DNA of 64,000 nucleotides, taken from NCBI RefSeq assembly GCF_030144855.1, contig NC_082728.1, positions 7,688,001 through 7,752,000 of the forward strand. The letters run 5' to 3'. This DNA is from Hypanus sabinus (taxonomy: Eukaryota). Below the pieces are notes generated by a model. That model was not told the DNA's origin. It did not search any database and saw nothing but the letters and a program-made list of their open reading frames with translations. Shown in pieces: positions 37,587 to 50,000 of the stretch (positions within the stretch are counted from its first letter, which is position 1; each line of letters begins with the position of its first letter). The translations under genes and the position numbers were made by a program.

Positions 37587-40340
37587 ATGGATGTTTGAGA
37601 TGTGTCTATTTTAATGCAAGGAGTTTTGTGAAGAAAGTGGATGAGCTTGGAGTGTGGATCAGTACTTGGAGCTATAATGTGGTGGCCATTACAGAGACTT
37701 GGATGGCTCAGTGACAGAATTGGTTACTTCAAGTGCCAGGTTTTAGATGTTTCAGAAAAGACAGGGAAGGAGGCAAAAGAGGTGGGAGCATAGCACTGTT
37801 GATCAGAGATAGTGTCACAGCTGCAGAGAAGGTGGACGTCATGGAGGGATTGTCTACAGAGTCTCTGTGGGTGGAGGTTAGGGACAGGAAGGGGTCAATA
37901 ACTTTACTGGGTGTTTTTTATAGGCCGCCCAATAGTAACAGGGACATCAAGGAGCAGATAGGGAAACAGATCTAGGAAAGGTGTAATAATAACAGAGTTG
38001 TTGTGTTGGGAGATTTTAATTTCCCAGAAATTGATAGGCATCTCCCTAGAGCAAAGGTTTTAGATGGGGTGGAGTTTATTAGGTGTGTTCAGGAAGTTTT
38101 CTTGACACAATATGTAGATAAGAGGAGAGACTGTACTTGATTTGGTATTGGGAATTGAACCTGGTCAGGTGTCAGATCTCTCAGTGGGAGAGTATTTTGG
38201 AGATAGTGATCATAATTCCATTTCCTTTACAATAGCGTTGGAGAGAGATAGGAACAGACAAGTTAGAAAAGTGTTTAGTTGGAGTAGGGGGAACTATGAG
38301 GCTATCAGGCAGGAAATTGGAAGCTTAAATTGGGAATAGATATTCTCAGGGAAAAGTACGGAAGAAATGTGGCAAATGTTCAGGGGATATTTGTGTGCAG
38401 TTCTGCATAGGTATGTTCCAATGAGATAGGGAAGTTATGGTAGGGTACAGGAATCGTGGTGTACAAAGGCTGTAATAAATCTAGTCAAGAAGAAAAGAAA
38501 AGCTTACAAATGGTTCACAGAGTTAGGTAATGTCAGAAATCTAGAGATGATAAGGCTAACAGGAAGGGGCTTAAGAAGGAAATTAGGAGAGCCAGAAGGG
38601 GCCATGATAAGGCCTTGGCAGGCAGGATTAAGGAAAACCCCAAGGCATTCTACAAGTATGTGAAGAGCAAGAGGATAAGTCGTAAAAGAATAGGACCTAT
38701 CAAGTGTGACAGTGGGAAAGTGTGTATGGAACCGGAGAAAACAGCAGAGGTACTTAACGAATACTTTACTTCAGTATTCACTATGGAAATGGATCTTAGT
38801 GATTGTAGTGATGGCTTGCAGCAGACTGAAAAGCTTGAGCATATAGATATTAAGAAAAAGGATGTGCTGGAGCTTTTAGAAAGCATCAAGTTGGATAAGT
38901 TGCCAGGACCAGATGAGATGAACCCCAGGCTACCGTGGGAGACGAGGGAGGAGATTGTTGAGCCTCTGGCATCATCTTTGCATCATCAACAGGGACGGGA
39001 GAGGTTCCGGAGGATTGGAGAGTTGCGGGTATTGTTCCTTTATTCAAGAATGGGAGTAGAGATAGCCCAGGAAGTTATAGGCCAGTGAGTCTTACTTCAG
39101 TGGTTGGTAAGTTGATGGAGAAGATCCTGAGAGGCAGGATTTATGAACACTTGGAGAGGTATAATATGATTAGGAACAGTCAGCATGGCTTTGTCAAAGG
39201 CAGGTCGTGCCTTACAAGCCTGATTGAATTTTTTGAGGATGTGACTAAACACATTGATGAAGGAAGAACAGTAGATGCAGTGTATATGGATTTCAGCAAG
39301 GCATTTGATAAGGTACCCCATTCAAGGCTTATCAAGAAAGTACAGAGGCATAGGTTCCAAGGGGACATTGCTCTGTGGATCCAGAATTGGCTTGCCCACA
39401 GAAGGCAAAGAGTGGTTGTAGATGGGTCATATTCTGCACGGAGTTCGGTGACTAGTGGTGTGCCTCAGGGATCTGTTCTGGGACCTTTACTCTTCATCAT
39501 CTTTATAAACGACCTGGATGAGGAAGTGGAGGGATGGGTTAGTAAGTTTGCTGATGACACAAAGGTTGGAGGTGTCGTGGATAGTGTGGAGGGCTGTCAG
39601 AGGTTACAGCGGGACATTGATAGGATGCAAAACTGAGGCAGAGATGTGGCAGAAAGAGTTCAACCCAGGTAAGTGTGAAGTGGTTAATTTTGGTAGGTCA
39701 AATATGATAGCAGAATATAGTATTAATGGTAAGACTCTTGGCAGTGTAGAGGATCAGAGGGATCTTGGGGTCCGAGTCCATAGGACGCTTAAAGCAGCTA
39801 CACAGGCTGACTGTGTGGTTAAGAAGGCATACAGTGTATTGACCTTCATCAATCGTGGAATTGAATTTAGGAGCCGAGAGGTAATATTGCAGCTATATAG
39901 GACCCTGGTCAGATCCCACTTGGAATACTGTGCTCAGTTCTGGTCACCTCACTACAGGAAGGATGTGGTGCAGAGGAAATCTACAAGGACTGGGGAGCAT
40001 GCCTTATGAGAATAGGTTGAGTGAACTCGACCTTTTCTCCGTGGAGCGATGGAGGATAAGAGGTGACCTGACAGAAGTGTATAAGATGATGAGAGGCATT
40101 GATTGTGTGGATAGTCAGAGGCTTTTTCCTAGGGCTGAAGTGGTTGCCACAAGAGGACACAGATTTAGGGTGCTGGGGAGTAGGTACAGAGGAGGTGTCA
40201 GGGGTAAGTTTTTTACGCAGAGAGTGGTGAGTGCATGGAATGGGCTGCCAGCAATGGTGGTGGAGACGGATACGATAGGGTCTTTTAAGAGACTTTTGGA
40301 TAGGTACATGGAGCTTAGAAAAATAGAGGGCTATTGGTAA
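37587..40340 (+). pseudogene. CR1 ORF2 (APE endonuclease plus reverse transcriptase)
   Basis: GFRCFRKDR, YRPP, SDHN; [29 protein letters not shown]. Confidence 0.93.
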
Positions 40341-40739
40341 GCCTAGTGTTTTCTAAGACAGGGACATGTTCAGCACAATTTTGTGGGCCGAAGGGCCTGT
40401 ATTGTGCTGTAGGTTCTCTATGTTTCGAAATGGTTTAATGCTGTTCCTATGTCTATAGCCTTGTGGTCTAAGTAAACATTCAGTTTTGATGTTGATGAGT
40501 AGACGTAAGGAAAACAGTTCTGGTTAGACTGTATCTGTACAACTTGTCTGCTCTATTAAAGTAAAACATTCCACAAGTACTCAGCAGGTCAGGTAGCAAG
40601 TGTGGAAAGAGAAAGAGCCATCATCAGATCTGCCTGATGCATCTAGTTGCATGAAGGTTAGATCACCCCTAAACGCAAGAAAACTTTTCTTGTAAGATCA
40701 AAAGCTTGAACAACTGCATGTCTCTGATTAGACGTCTAG

Positions 40740-41045
40740 AAAGATTAACTTGATTTATCACGTGTACATAGAAACATACAGTAAAATGTATTCATTTGCA
40801 TCAAATCAGTGAAGATGTGCTGGGGGCAGCCAGCAAGTGTTACCATGTTTTTGGCACCAACATAGCATGTCTACAACTCACTACGAGTTTGGAATGTGGG
40901 AGAAAACTGAGGAATCCAGAGGAGGCCTATGTGGTGATGGGGAGAATGTACAAACTCCTTACAGACAGTGGTGGGAATTGAACCCTGATTTTACAGCCAG
41001 CACCGTAAAGTATTGTACTAACTGCTATGCCACCATGCCACCCTC
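40740..41045 (-). mobile_element. V-SINE-like element
   Basis: TGGAATGTGGGAGAAAACTG...CAAACTCCTTACAGAC core. Confidence 0.7.
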
Positions 41046-41699
41046 TCAGCATATTTATCTTTAATATTCATTTCATATTAGTTTAACCAGGTTTCCACCT
41101 TGGTGCAATAATGAAACAGCTCGTATTGAAGTCACTAATGATGCCCTGTGCAAGTTATCACCTCTGTGCTCACTCAGTGTATCAGCAGCTTTGACACGTT
41201 TTATCACACCACCTCCTCCAGCCCCACTTTATCATCATACAGAGCGGTGGGCCCACAGTCAGCTAAGCTCTATTCTAAAACTTCCGGTCACAGCCAGAGC
41301 ATCACTAGAGAGTTTCTTTCCTGTGCCTCAATGTCACCCCCATTGTCCCTTAATGATCTATGGCCCACTTCCATTTCTCATTTATATGCTGCTCCCCATC
41401 AACATAATCACAAAGAAGGCCATACAGAATTCTGAAACCTAGGCACCAAATTCCATTTATCCATCAACGTTTTGTTGAGTGTCTTGTGTTGGCTTGCCAT
41501 TTAAAAAAAATCTTTTGTTTAAATTCTCATCCCTGTTCTCAGTTGCCTCATTCTATATAATCCAAATACAGTCTGTTGTCCATTTTTAGTTTATTCATTC
41601 CACTGTCCATGCTCTCAAGTGCTAAGGTCATCAGCTCTGGAATTCCCTCCCGAAACCTCTCTACCTTTCTTTTCTTTTAAATCTCTGTTTAAGTCTTTA

Positions 41700-42910
41700 A
41701 ATGAGGCATGGGATCCAGGGAAACTTGGATGTGTGGGTTCAGAATTGGCTTACTTGCAGAAGTAGTAGATGAAGCGTATTCTGCCTGGAGGTCAGTGACC
41801 TATAGTGTTCTGCAGGGAGCTGTTCTGGGACTTCTGCTTGTGCGACTTTTATAAATAACTTAAATCAGCGGCCCGGTGGTTGGGGACTACTGACTTAAAC
41901 GATGACGTAGAAGGGTGGGTTAGTAAGTTTGTAGGTGACATGAAGATTGGTCAAGTCAAGTTTATTGTCACTTACCTATATACATGTATATTGTTAAATG
42001 AGACGTTTCTCCAGACTAGGGTGTAAAGCATAGTAGTACACATAAAACATAATAACTTATGAAAATAAGGATTAAATCTACAGATAGATTACTCATAAAT
42101 AACCAAACTAAAGTACATAAATTAAATACTGCAAAGTACAGAACGGATTAACCAGTGACACTTTGAATGTGATGCAGCAGGGAGTTCAGAAGACTAAAGG
42201 CTTGAGGGAAGAAATTGTTTCTCATCCTGACCATTCTTGTTTTTTGGCATCAGAGTCTCCTACCTGATGGTAGAAAGTCAAAGAGGATGCTGGATGGATG
42301 GGTGGCATCCTTAATAATACTAAGGGCCTTGTGTATGAAGCGCTCCTGATAAATGTCATCGATGGATGGTGGGGGGCTCCTATGATTCTCACAGTCCTTT
42401 GTAGTGACTTCCGATCCAATGCTTGGCTGCTCCTGTAACAGATGGAGATGCAACTTGTCAGGATGCTCTCAACTGTTAATAGTGTAGGAAGTTGTCATAG
42501 ATTACATCGGGATATTAATAGGATACAGAGCTGGGCTGAGAAGTGCCAGATGGAGTTCAATCCGGAAAAGTGTGAAGTGATTCACTTTGGAAGTTAAATC
42601 TGAAGGCAGAGTGCAGGGTTAACTGCAGGATTCTTAGCTGTGTGGAGGAACAGAGGGATCTTGGAGGAATGTCGATATGTCAGTGGTCCCCAACCACCGG
42701 GCCGCAAAGCATGTGCTACTGGGCCATGAGGAAACAACATGATTTGGTGGTATGAAGCAATATGAGTCAGCTATAGATAGCATTTGGATGAAAGAAAAAT
42801 GGAGGGCTATGTAGGGGGGTAGAGTTAGATTGACCTTGAAGTAGGTTCAAAGGTCAGCACAACATCATGGGCTGAAAGGCCTGAACAGAGCAATACTGTC
42901 GTATGGTCTT
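41700..42910 (+). mobile_element. CR1 fragment interrupted by hAT pieces (41866-41892, about 42681-42770) and a Rex/Babar fragment (about 41951-42472, minus strand)
   Basis: CR1 RT sequence resumes after each insert; minus-strand DATHPSSILFDFLPSGRR. Confidence 0.75.
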
Positions 42911-43509
42911 GATTTAAAACTGATCTGTTTGCAGTCTGATTCCACAATTTAAAGAGATTACTTTGAACTGTTCTAATGTAGGATAGTGTCAAGTCCCTCT
43001 GAATTCCTCTGGATAATTCTTCCCTTCCCCATCATTTATCACCAGCTGAGCTGCTGCTTACAGCCTGGTATTTAACAAACTCTAGTATGAAAGGAAATGA
43101 TTCATCTTACTGAACTCAACTAGTCACTTTAAGGATTGTCCCAATTATGTTCACTCTTCTCCCCTCAAAGACAAAATAAATTTGTCAAGGTCATTAATAC
43201 AGTCTGAGCAGTGGCCAAGGTACTTGTCGATATTTAGTTCTATTGCTTCCAATAATAGACAGCCTGTCCAATACTGATTATTTTACTCAACCATCTAAGA
43301 TGAAATTCTATACTTATATTTGCAGGAAATTGATTATTTTTCACGCGTGAAGCAGAGCATTAGACGCCGACAAGAAATGTAACCTGACAGGAGAAATGAT
43401 GATGGATTCTACATGCACACACCCACATGTCCACACACACACCCACATACACACACGTTCCATGTAAGTACACTCGTGCTCTATGTAAGTACATGCATGT
43501 TACACCAAG

Positions 43510-43850
43510 AGTTACAGATTCATATAGCATAGAAACATGCCATTTGGCCCAACACTTCCATGTTGATTATTGGGCACCCTTGTGTATTCAACCCGTTGCC
43601 CATTGTTTGGTCCACTACCCTCTATGCCTAAGTGATTCAAATGTTTACATGGACACTCCATTAATGGTGCCGGTGACCCACCTTGCATTCCAGATACCTA
43701 CCACTGTCTGAGCGAAGAAGGCGCCCCTTGTATCACCTCTGGATCTCTTCCTCCTTATCCTAAATCTACGTCCTCTAGTTTTACCTACCTCTGATACAAT
43801 GAAAAGTTTCCTGCCATCCACCCTGTCTGTATACTTCATAATTTTTTACA
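43510..43850 (-). mobile_element. CR1 3' fragment
   Basis: MKYTDRVDGRKLF...TRGRRFRI...FFAQTVVGIWN. Confidence 0.8.
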
Positions 43851-43992
43851 TCACCTGTAAATTTTGTCTTGTCCTTCACAGGGAAATCAGCATTATGATG
43901 ATTTTTCAAAAACATACTTAGAGGTTCCTATTACAGCAGAGATATTGGCAGAAGGGAGAGGACAGTCCTGTTGAAGGGTCTCAGTCCAAAAA

Positions 43993-44300
43993 CTTACTTA
44001 CTGCCCATTACACCACTAGTGTTTAGGCCAGCAATGAAGATCCTCCATCTCTGTCTGTCTATGCAGTCACACACAGATGAGGAAGGATTGTTCAATGCTG
44101 TTTCCATAACAATTTTTTTTACCAGTCAGCATTGTTAGCCCTGAGCTGGACCCCCAACTACTCTTAGTCTGACTTCTACCCTTTGACTTGTTTAGCGTGG
44201 TGACCCTACCAAGAGCCAAAGCACAAGGCCCAGACAACATAGCTCTCCAGGTTATTGAGGCACGAAAGCCTCCAAAATCTATGACAAAGTTGTGGTCTTC
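43993..44300 (-). mobile_element. Internally deleted RTE-like element inserted in a hammerhead cassette
   Basis: (TAAG)n tail; RTE-like 5' motifs; degenerate duplication TTGAAGG..TC..AG..CAAAA on both sides. Confidence 0.5.
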
Positions 44301-44719
44301 TTGAAGGTCAGCTCAAAAAGTCCACTGTTTATTCCCATCCATAGATGCTGCTTGATCTGCTGAGTTCATCCAGTATTTTATGTGTGTTACCCAAGGTTTC
44401 CTGCAACTGCAGAATCTCTTGTGTTGAGGACTACTTTCACATGTGGATAAAGGGGAAAAAAACAAATAAACTGAATCTTCACATTTCTACTAAGGGTAGG
44501 TTCTCTTTTTAGGGTATTTAGACCACTTCCTTTTGTCCCATGTAACACATGTTCAATGGTGTCAAAGTGCCTCCTCACCTTTATCTGAAGTTAGCTGTGG
44601 TCATGCACATGAGGGACCATATAGTCCAATTGTATTTTGAAACCTTGGTGTCTGCTTCAGATGTCTTGTGGTTTTACATTTAGTTCAACCTCTATATTGT
44701 TACTCTACACTGCCAGCAA

Positions 44720-45000
44720 TCAGCGTTAAATTCCTGCATTTGTTTGTAAGGAGTTTCTACTTTCTCACTATAACCATTTGTGTTTCCTCTGAGTGCTCTG
44801 GCTTCCTGTCACATCCCAAATCCATACAAGTTAGGGTTAATAAATTGTGGACATGCTGTGTTGGCACCGGAAGCTTGGTGGCACTTGCAGGCTGCCCCCA
44901 GCACATCTTTGGTCGGTGTTGGTTATTTACGCAAACAACGCATTTCACTGAACGCTTTGATGTTTCATTGTACATGTGACAAATAAAGCTAATCTTATCT
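44720..45000 (+). mobile_element. V-SINE-like element
   Basis: GTAAGGAGTTT...TTTCCTCTGAGTGCTCTGGCTTCC core; ACATGTGACAAATAAAGC tail. Confidence 0.7.
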
Positions 45001-46020
45001 CAACCTGTCTTCTGTGCAAGATCCCCATTATGCTCAATTCCTGGATGCCTATCTCCACCTTAAATATGTTTAGTAATCTGGCCTCCACTACTCTTGGTGG
45101 AAGAGAATTCCAGAGATATTTTTTTCCTTTAGCACTATTTATTTAATTTAACTTTTTTATATACTGCTATTTACAGATTTTATTAAGTATGACAATGTAC
45201 TGCTGTCCCATAACAACAAATTTCTTGACATACTGTGTGCCAGTGATAGTAAACCTGATTCTGATTCCCCATCTTTTGAGACAAGAAATTCCTATGCTCC
45301 TCAGTTTTAAATGACTGGTCCCTTTGTCTGTAGTTGTGTCCTTTTGTTCATGACTCACCCATAAGTGAGAAAGTTTCAACATCTAACATTTCAACCTCTC
45401 TTTGCATCTTATAGGATCGAATATGTCCACCACTCATACTTATAAACTCTAAGAAATGAAGACTCAAACTGTTTAGCTCCTTCTAGGACAACTCTCTCAT
45501 CCCAGGCATTAATCTGGTAAATCTTCTCTGGGCTACTTTCAGACCTATTCTTTTATAGGCAAGGTGACCAAAACTGTGCCCAGTATTCCAGCCTCACCAA
45601 TACCCTGTATATCTGTAACAAAATTTCCATATTCTTAAACTCCATCTGCTCCCTATAAAGGCCAACATGCCATTTGCCTTCTTCACTACCTATTGGACCG
45701 ACCTACTAACTTTTTGTGATTACTGTACTAGAACTCCTGGATCCCTATGAATGTTCATTCATTTGCAGTTTCTCTTTATTTAGATAATAATCCACCTTTT
45801 GATTCCTCTTACTGAAGCACATGACCTCACACTTCACCACGTTAAACTTGGTTCACCAGCTTTTCACCCACTCACTTAATCCATTTGTATCTCATTGCAG
45901 AGTAGCAATAACCTTATCACAATATGCTCTCCCACATTGCATTCCATTCCCTCAATCAGGTTATTAATATAAATAGGAAATAATTGAGGCCAAGAGTTAA
46001 TCTCTGGGATACTCCATAAT
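45000..46020 (-). mobile_element. Old CR1 fragment
   Basis: GACCAAAACTGTGCCCAGTATTCC and downstream RT-region remnants. Confidence 0.65.
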
Positions 46021-46189
46021 TTATATTTTTCCTGCTTGAAAACATTTCTATGTTACAGCCAGGCTTTCTAGCCATGCTAACATTTCGTCCAATACCTTGT
46101 ACTTTTCATTAATACGACAGCATCTTCTGAGTCCGCTTAATCCCGTATCACCAATTGAAAAGCATAAATCGCATGGAGCAAGCCAAAGA

Positions 46190-46495
46190 TTAAAGATTGA
46201 CTTTATTTTCACATGTACATGGAAACAGACAGTGAAAGGGGTTGTTTGCATCAAATCAAATCAGCGAGGTTTGCGCTAGCACAGTCCTCAAGTATCACCA
46301 TGCTTCCGGCGCCAATGTAGCATGCCCTGAACTCACTCACCCTAACCCCAACCCACACAGCTTTTGAAATGTGGGAGGAAACTGGAGATCCCAGAGGAAA
46401 CCCATGCCGTCACAGGGAGAACATACAAATTCCTTACAGGCAGCGGCTGGAACTAAACAGCTGGTGTTGTAAAGTGTTATGCCAACTGCCTCGCT
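46190..46495 (-). mobile_element. V-SINE-like element
   Basis: TGTGGGAGGAAACTGGAG..CCAGAGGAAACCCA core. Confidence 0.7.
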
Positions 46496-46851
46496 AATAT
46501 GACATTCATTCAGGGTTATAACTTTGCTATTATAGTGATAAAAGAATTTAAATTCACATATTTAAATAAATATAATAATAAATCTGGATTTTAAAATAGC
46601 ATTTTGTGTTTGTTACTCTGGATTTCCAGTGTCTGCAGAATTTCGATGTGTTTATGTTTTCGATAACTGCGTAGGTCTGAGGGATTGATTGGCCTACTGC
46701 TCTGTGATTTTCTTGTGTTTTTTGTGACACACAATCACAATGTACAATAAGGATTTTGCAAAGTACCTCAAGCACGTTCAGTTCCCACATAAAGGAGAGC
46801 AATCATTTAGATGCCTACATTTCAGTTATTACTGCTTAACCTTCCAGGAGA

Positions 46852-47130
46852 GGCACGGTAGCACAGGGGCTAGTGTACAGCACTGGTGATCAGGGTACAA
46901 TTCCTGCCACTGTCTGTAAGGAGTTTATATTTGCTCGCTGTGACCATGTGGGTTTCCTCCCTCATTCCCCCAAGTTGTATGAGTTAGTAAGCTGAGCATG
47001 CTCTCTTGGTGCCAGAAGCGTGGCAACACTTACTTGTTGTCTCCAGCTCATCCCTGGACTGCAGGTGCAAACAATGCACTTCAGTGTATGTTTCATAATC
47101 TCTATGTACATGTGACAAATAAAGCTAATT
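46852..47130 (+). mobile_element. V-SINE-like element with tRNA-like head
   Basis: GGCACGGTAGC head, GTGGGTTTCCTCC core, same tail as 44720-45000. Confidence 0.7.
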
Positions 47131-48424
47131 TCAAAAGTCAATGGCTGAAAATTGAAAACGAGACCTTTTTATGAACTCTTTACAAATACAATGGAGCATA
47201 TGAAACAGAAATACCCATTTTTAAGGGGAGAAGTGTTAATCCCTCCTTCACCATCAGCTCACTCCCTTATCTGCCACATAGAAGCTATCAGAACAACCAA
47301 CCCTTGGCAAGCTTTGAGAGTTGGGGATCATGAGCTTGGGCCACTGTGTCCAAAAAAAGCCTACCAGTATCTAGGTGCAAAGTTACTCCTCTTCAGATAA
47401 CCAATACCACCATCTCCCAGTGAAGTATTAGTGCTCCAGCTTTGTGATAAAGCACACTTCAGTGCTTTCTCCAATCTGTAACAGTCACATCTACATTTCA
47501 TGTACCAGGCTGAATGTCTAATTACAGGACAGAAATCCCGAAGGAAACTTGTGAACAAGAATTTTATCAATCTGAAGGACAGTGATTAAGGCTTCCAAGA
47601 TAAAGTGGAATCTCAGTTTGAAACAAAGGGACAAATAATAAAACAGGAAAAGCTCCTTTCCCTTCATTGTCAGATTTCTTCACAGCCCATGAACCATTGA
47701 ACAAGACCTCATATTCCTTTTCTTTTCATTATTTATTTTGTAATTTATAGTAATTGTATCTCTTTGCATTGTATTGGGGCTGAAAAACAACTAATTTCAC
47801 ATCATATTAGATGGTGGTAACCAATCTGATTCTGATTGTGCACTCAATGGGCCGAGCAGCCTTTGTAGGAGGAAAGGAACTGTTGACAATTTGGGTTGAA
47901 ACTCTGCAGGGGACAGATGCTTTTGATTTGATCAAAACTAAAGGAACAGCATGGCCAAGACTAAACAATGGCTCAAAGCTGGCAAGTAGTTCAGTATTTA
48001 AAACAAGAAAGTGGCAAAAAAAAGGCACAGATGCTGCTCCACCTGCTGAGTTCTTCCAGCAGAGTGTTTATTCCTCCACATTCCAGTATCTGCAGTTTCT
48101 GTGTCTCCAATTAATAAAAGGATGGATTTTTAATAGATGAGATTCTGAATTAAAATGCAAGTTACATTATTCACAGCAGAGGTGATAATGCAAGCATTAA
48201 ATAACAAGTTTACATCTTGCCAATTAAAACTAAAGCATTTTGTTATTTAATTTACATGCCAGGACTCTAGTCTGCCCCAGTAGTTTTGTTGGAAGTTCAA
48301 GGAAGAATTTCTCCTCCTGGAAGTGCATCCAAAAGGCCGCAAGTCATTTACTGTTCTTCAGTAACAGTGTGTTGCAAAGGATGGGCCCTGTTTCAAAAAA
48401 AAAATTTGAGTAACCATTCAAACT

Positions 48425-49232
48425 ACACTAATCTCAAATAATAACGAGGCAACCTACAGAGAAGAAATCATCTCTCTGACACAGTGATGTCGAGAAAACA
48501 ACCTCTCCCTCAATGTCGCAAAAACAAAGGAGTTGGTTGTGGACTACAGGAGGAATAGATACAGGCTAACTCCTATTGACATCAATGGATCTGGGGTTGA
48601 GAGGGTGAACAGCTTCCAGTTCCTCGACATACACATCACTGAGGATCTCACATGGTCTGTACATATTGGCTGTGTGGTGAAAAAGGCACAACTGCGCCTC
48701 TTTCACCTCAGATGGTTGAGGAAGTTTGGTATGGGCCCCCAAATCCTAAGAACTTTCTACAGGGGCACAATTGAGAGCGTTCTGACGGGCTGCATTGCTG
48801 CCTGGTATGGGAACTGTACTTCCCTCAATCACAGGACTCTGCAGAGAGTGGTGAGGACAGCCCAGAGCATCTGTAGTTGTGAACTTCCCATGATTTAGGA
48901 CATTTACAAAGACAGGTGTGTAAAGAGGGCCTGTAGGATCATTGAGGACCCAAGCCATTCCAATCACAATCTATTCCAGCTGCTACCATCGGGAAATGGT
49001 ACCGCAGCATAAAAGCCAGGACCAACAGGCTCCAGGACAGCTTCTTCCAGCAGGCTATCAGACTGATTAATTCATGCTGACACTATTGTATTTCTATGTT
49101 ATATTGACTGTCCTATTGTACATACTATTTACTACCAATTACTAGAAATTGCACACTTAGACAGAGATGTACTGTAAAGATTTTTACTCCTCATGTATGT
49201 GAAGGATAGGAGAAATAAAGTCAATTCAATTC
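48425..49232 (+). mobile_element. Rex1/Babar LINE 3' part
   Basis: VERVNSFQFLDIHITEDLTW...AQLRLFHLRWLRKF...FYRGTIESVLTGCIAAWYG; AATAAAG(TCAAT)n tail. Confidence 0.9.
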
Positions 49233-49544
49233 TTGATGGTTAATACATACTGTTGAAATATTTGACTGTGGACACCGTCACCAGGGAGCCTCCTTTACTC
49301 CACGGAGAACAGCCCAGCCTATTCAGTTTCTCCTTATAACTCAAGCTCTCCAGTCCCATCACATCTTTATGAATCTTTTCTGAGTATAACTTTTTCCCCC
49401 CATCCCTTTCATTCTTCTGTACGTATATAATGGAACATGGGCTTGCGCAAAAGAGAGGCTAGAAGTGGAGATGACCTGATAATGTCCGGGGATTTAGCCA
49501 ACCACAATAATAAACTCACATCATGGCCTTTTAACTTATCTAGA

Positions 49545-50000
49545 GGTACAGCACATAATTGGCTGTCCAGCCCAACGAACCACACTACTTAGCAACCTAC
49601 ACTAGCATAATCACAGGACAATTTAAAGTGACCAATTAAACTACTAACCCGTACGTCTTTGGACAGTGGGAGGAAACCAGAGCACCCAGAGGAACTCCAC
49701 GCACACATGGGAAGAAGAAGAATAGCCCTTAACTCGTCAGTGGAGTTATTGGGGCACTGTCATGACGGTCTTTCCATAGCAAGCTATTCTTGTTTTTACA
49801 AGGTTGTGTTGCTAGCTTGACGCTCAACCAGACTTGGATTTGAACTCAGAAACCTTCACTCTGGAGTCCGGTGCTGATGTTATTGTGCCACCAAGCGGGA
49901 CACACACACATGGGAGAACATACAGACTCCTTACAGACGGCAGCAGAATTGATCTCCGAACTCCAACATCCTACTGTAATAACATTGCACAAACTATGGT
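49545..50000 (-). mobile_element. V-SINE interrupted by a second SINE
   Basis: V core split at 49712/49905. Confidence 0.7.
49713..49904 (-). mobile_element. tRNA-Trp-like SINE with (TTC)n tail
   Basis: Head GTGGCACAA...GACTCCAGA..GAAGGTT...GTTCAAATC; 11-bp TSD CACACATGGGA at 49702-49712 and 49905-49915. Confidence 0.65.

Larger units (their letters stand above)
36382..40426 (+). mobile_element. Near full-length CR1 LINE, inactive
   Basis: 5' UTR, ORF1 and ORF2 in order, CR1 3' tail (CTATGTTTC); several stops and frameshifts. Confidence 0.95.

Noticed and set aside
16812-49232. Inverted Rex/Babar pair as a dsRNA-forming structure
   Set aside because: About 31 kb apart, and the first copy lies upstream of the probable CACNG5 promoter, so they are unlikely to share a transcript
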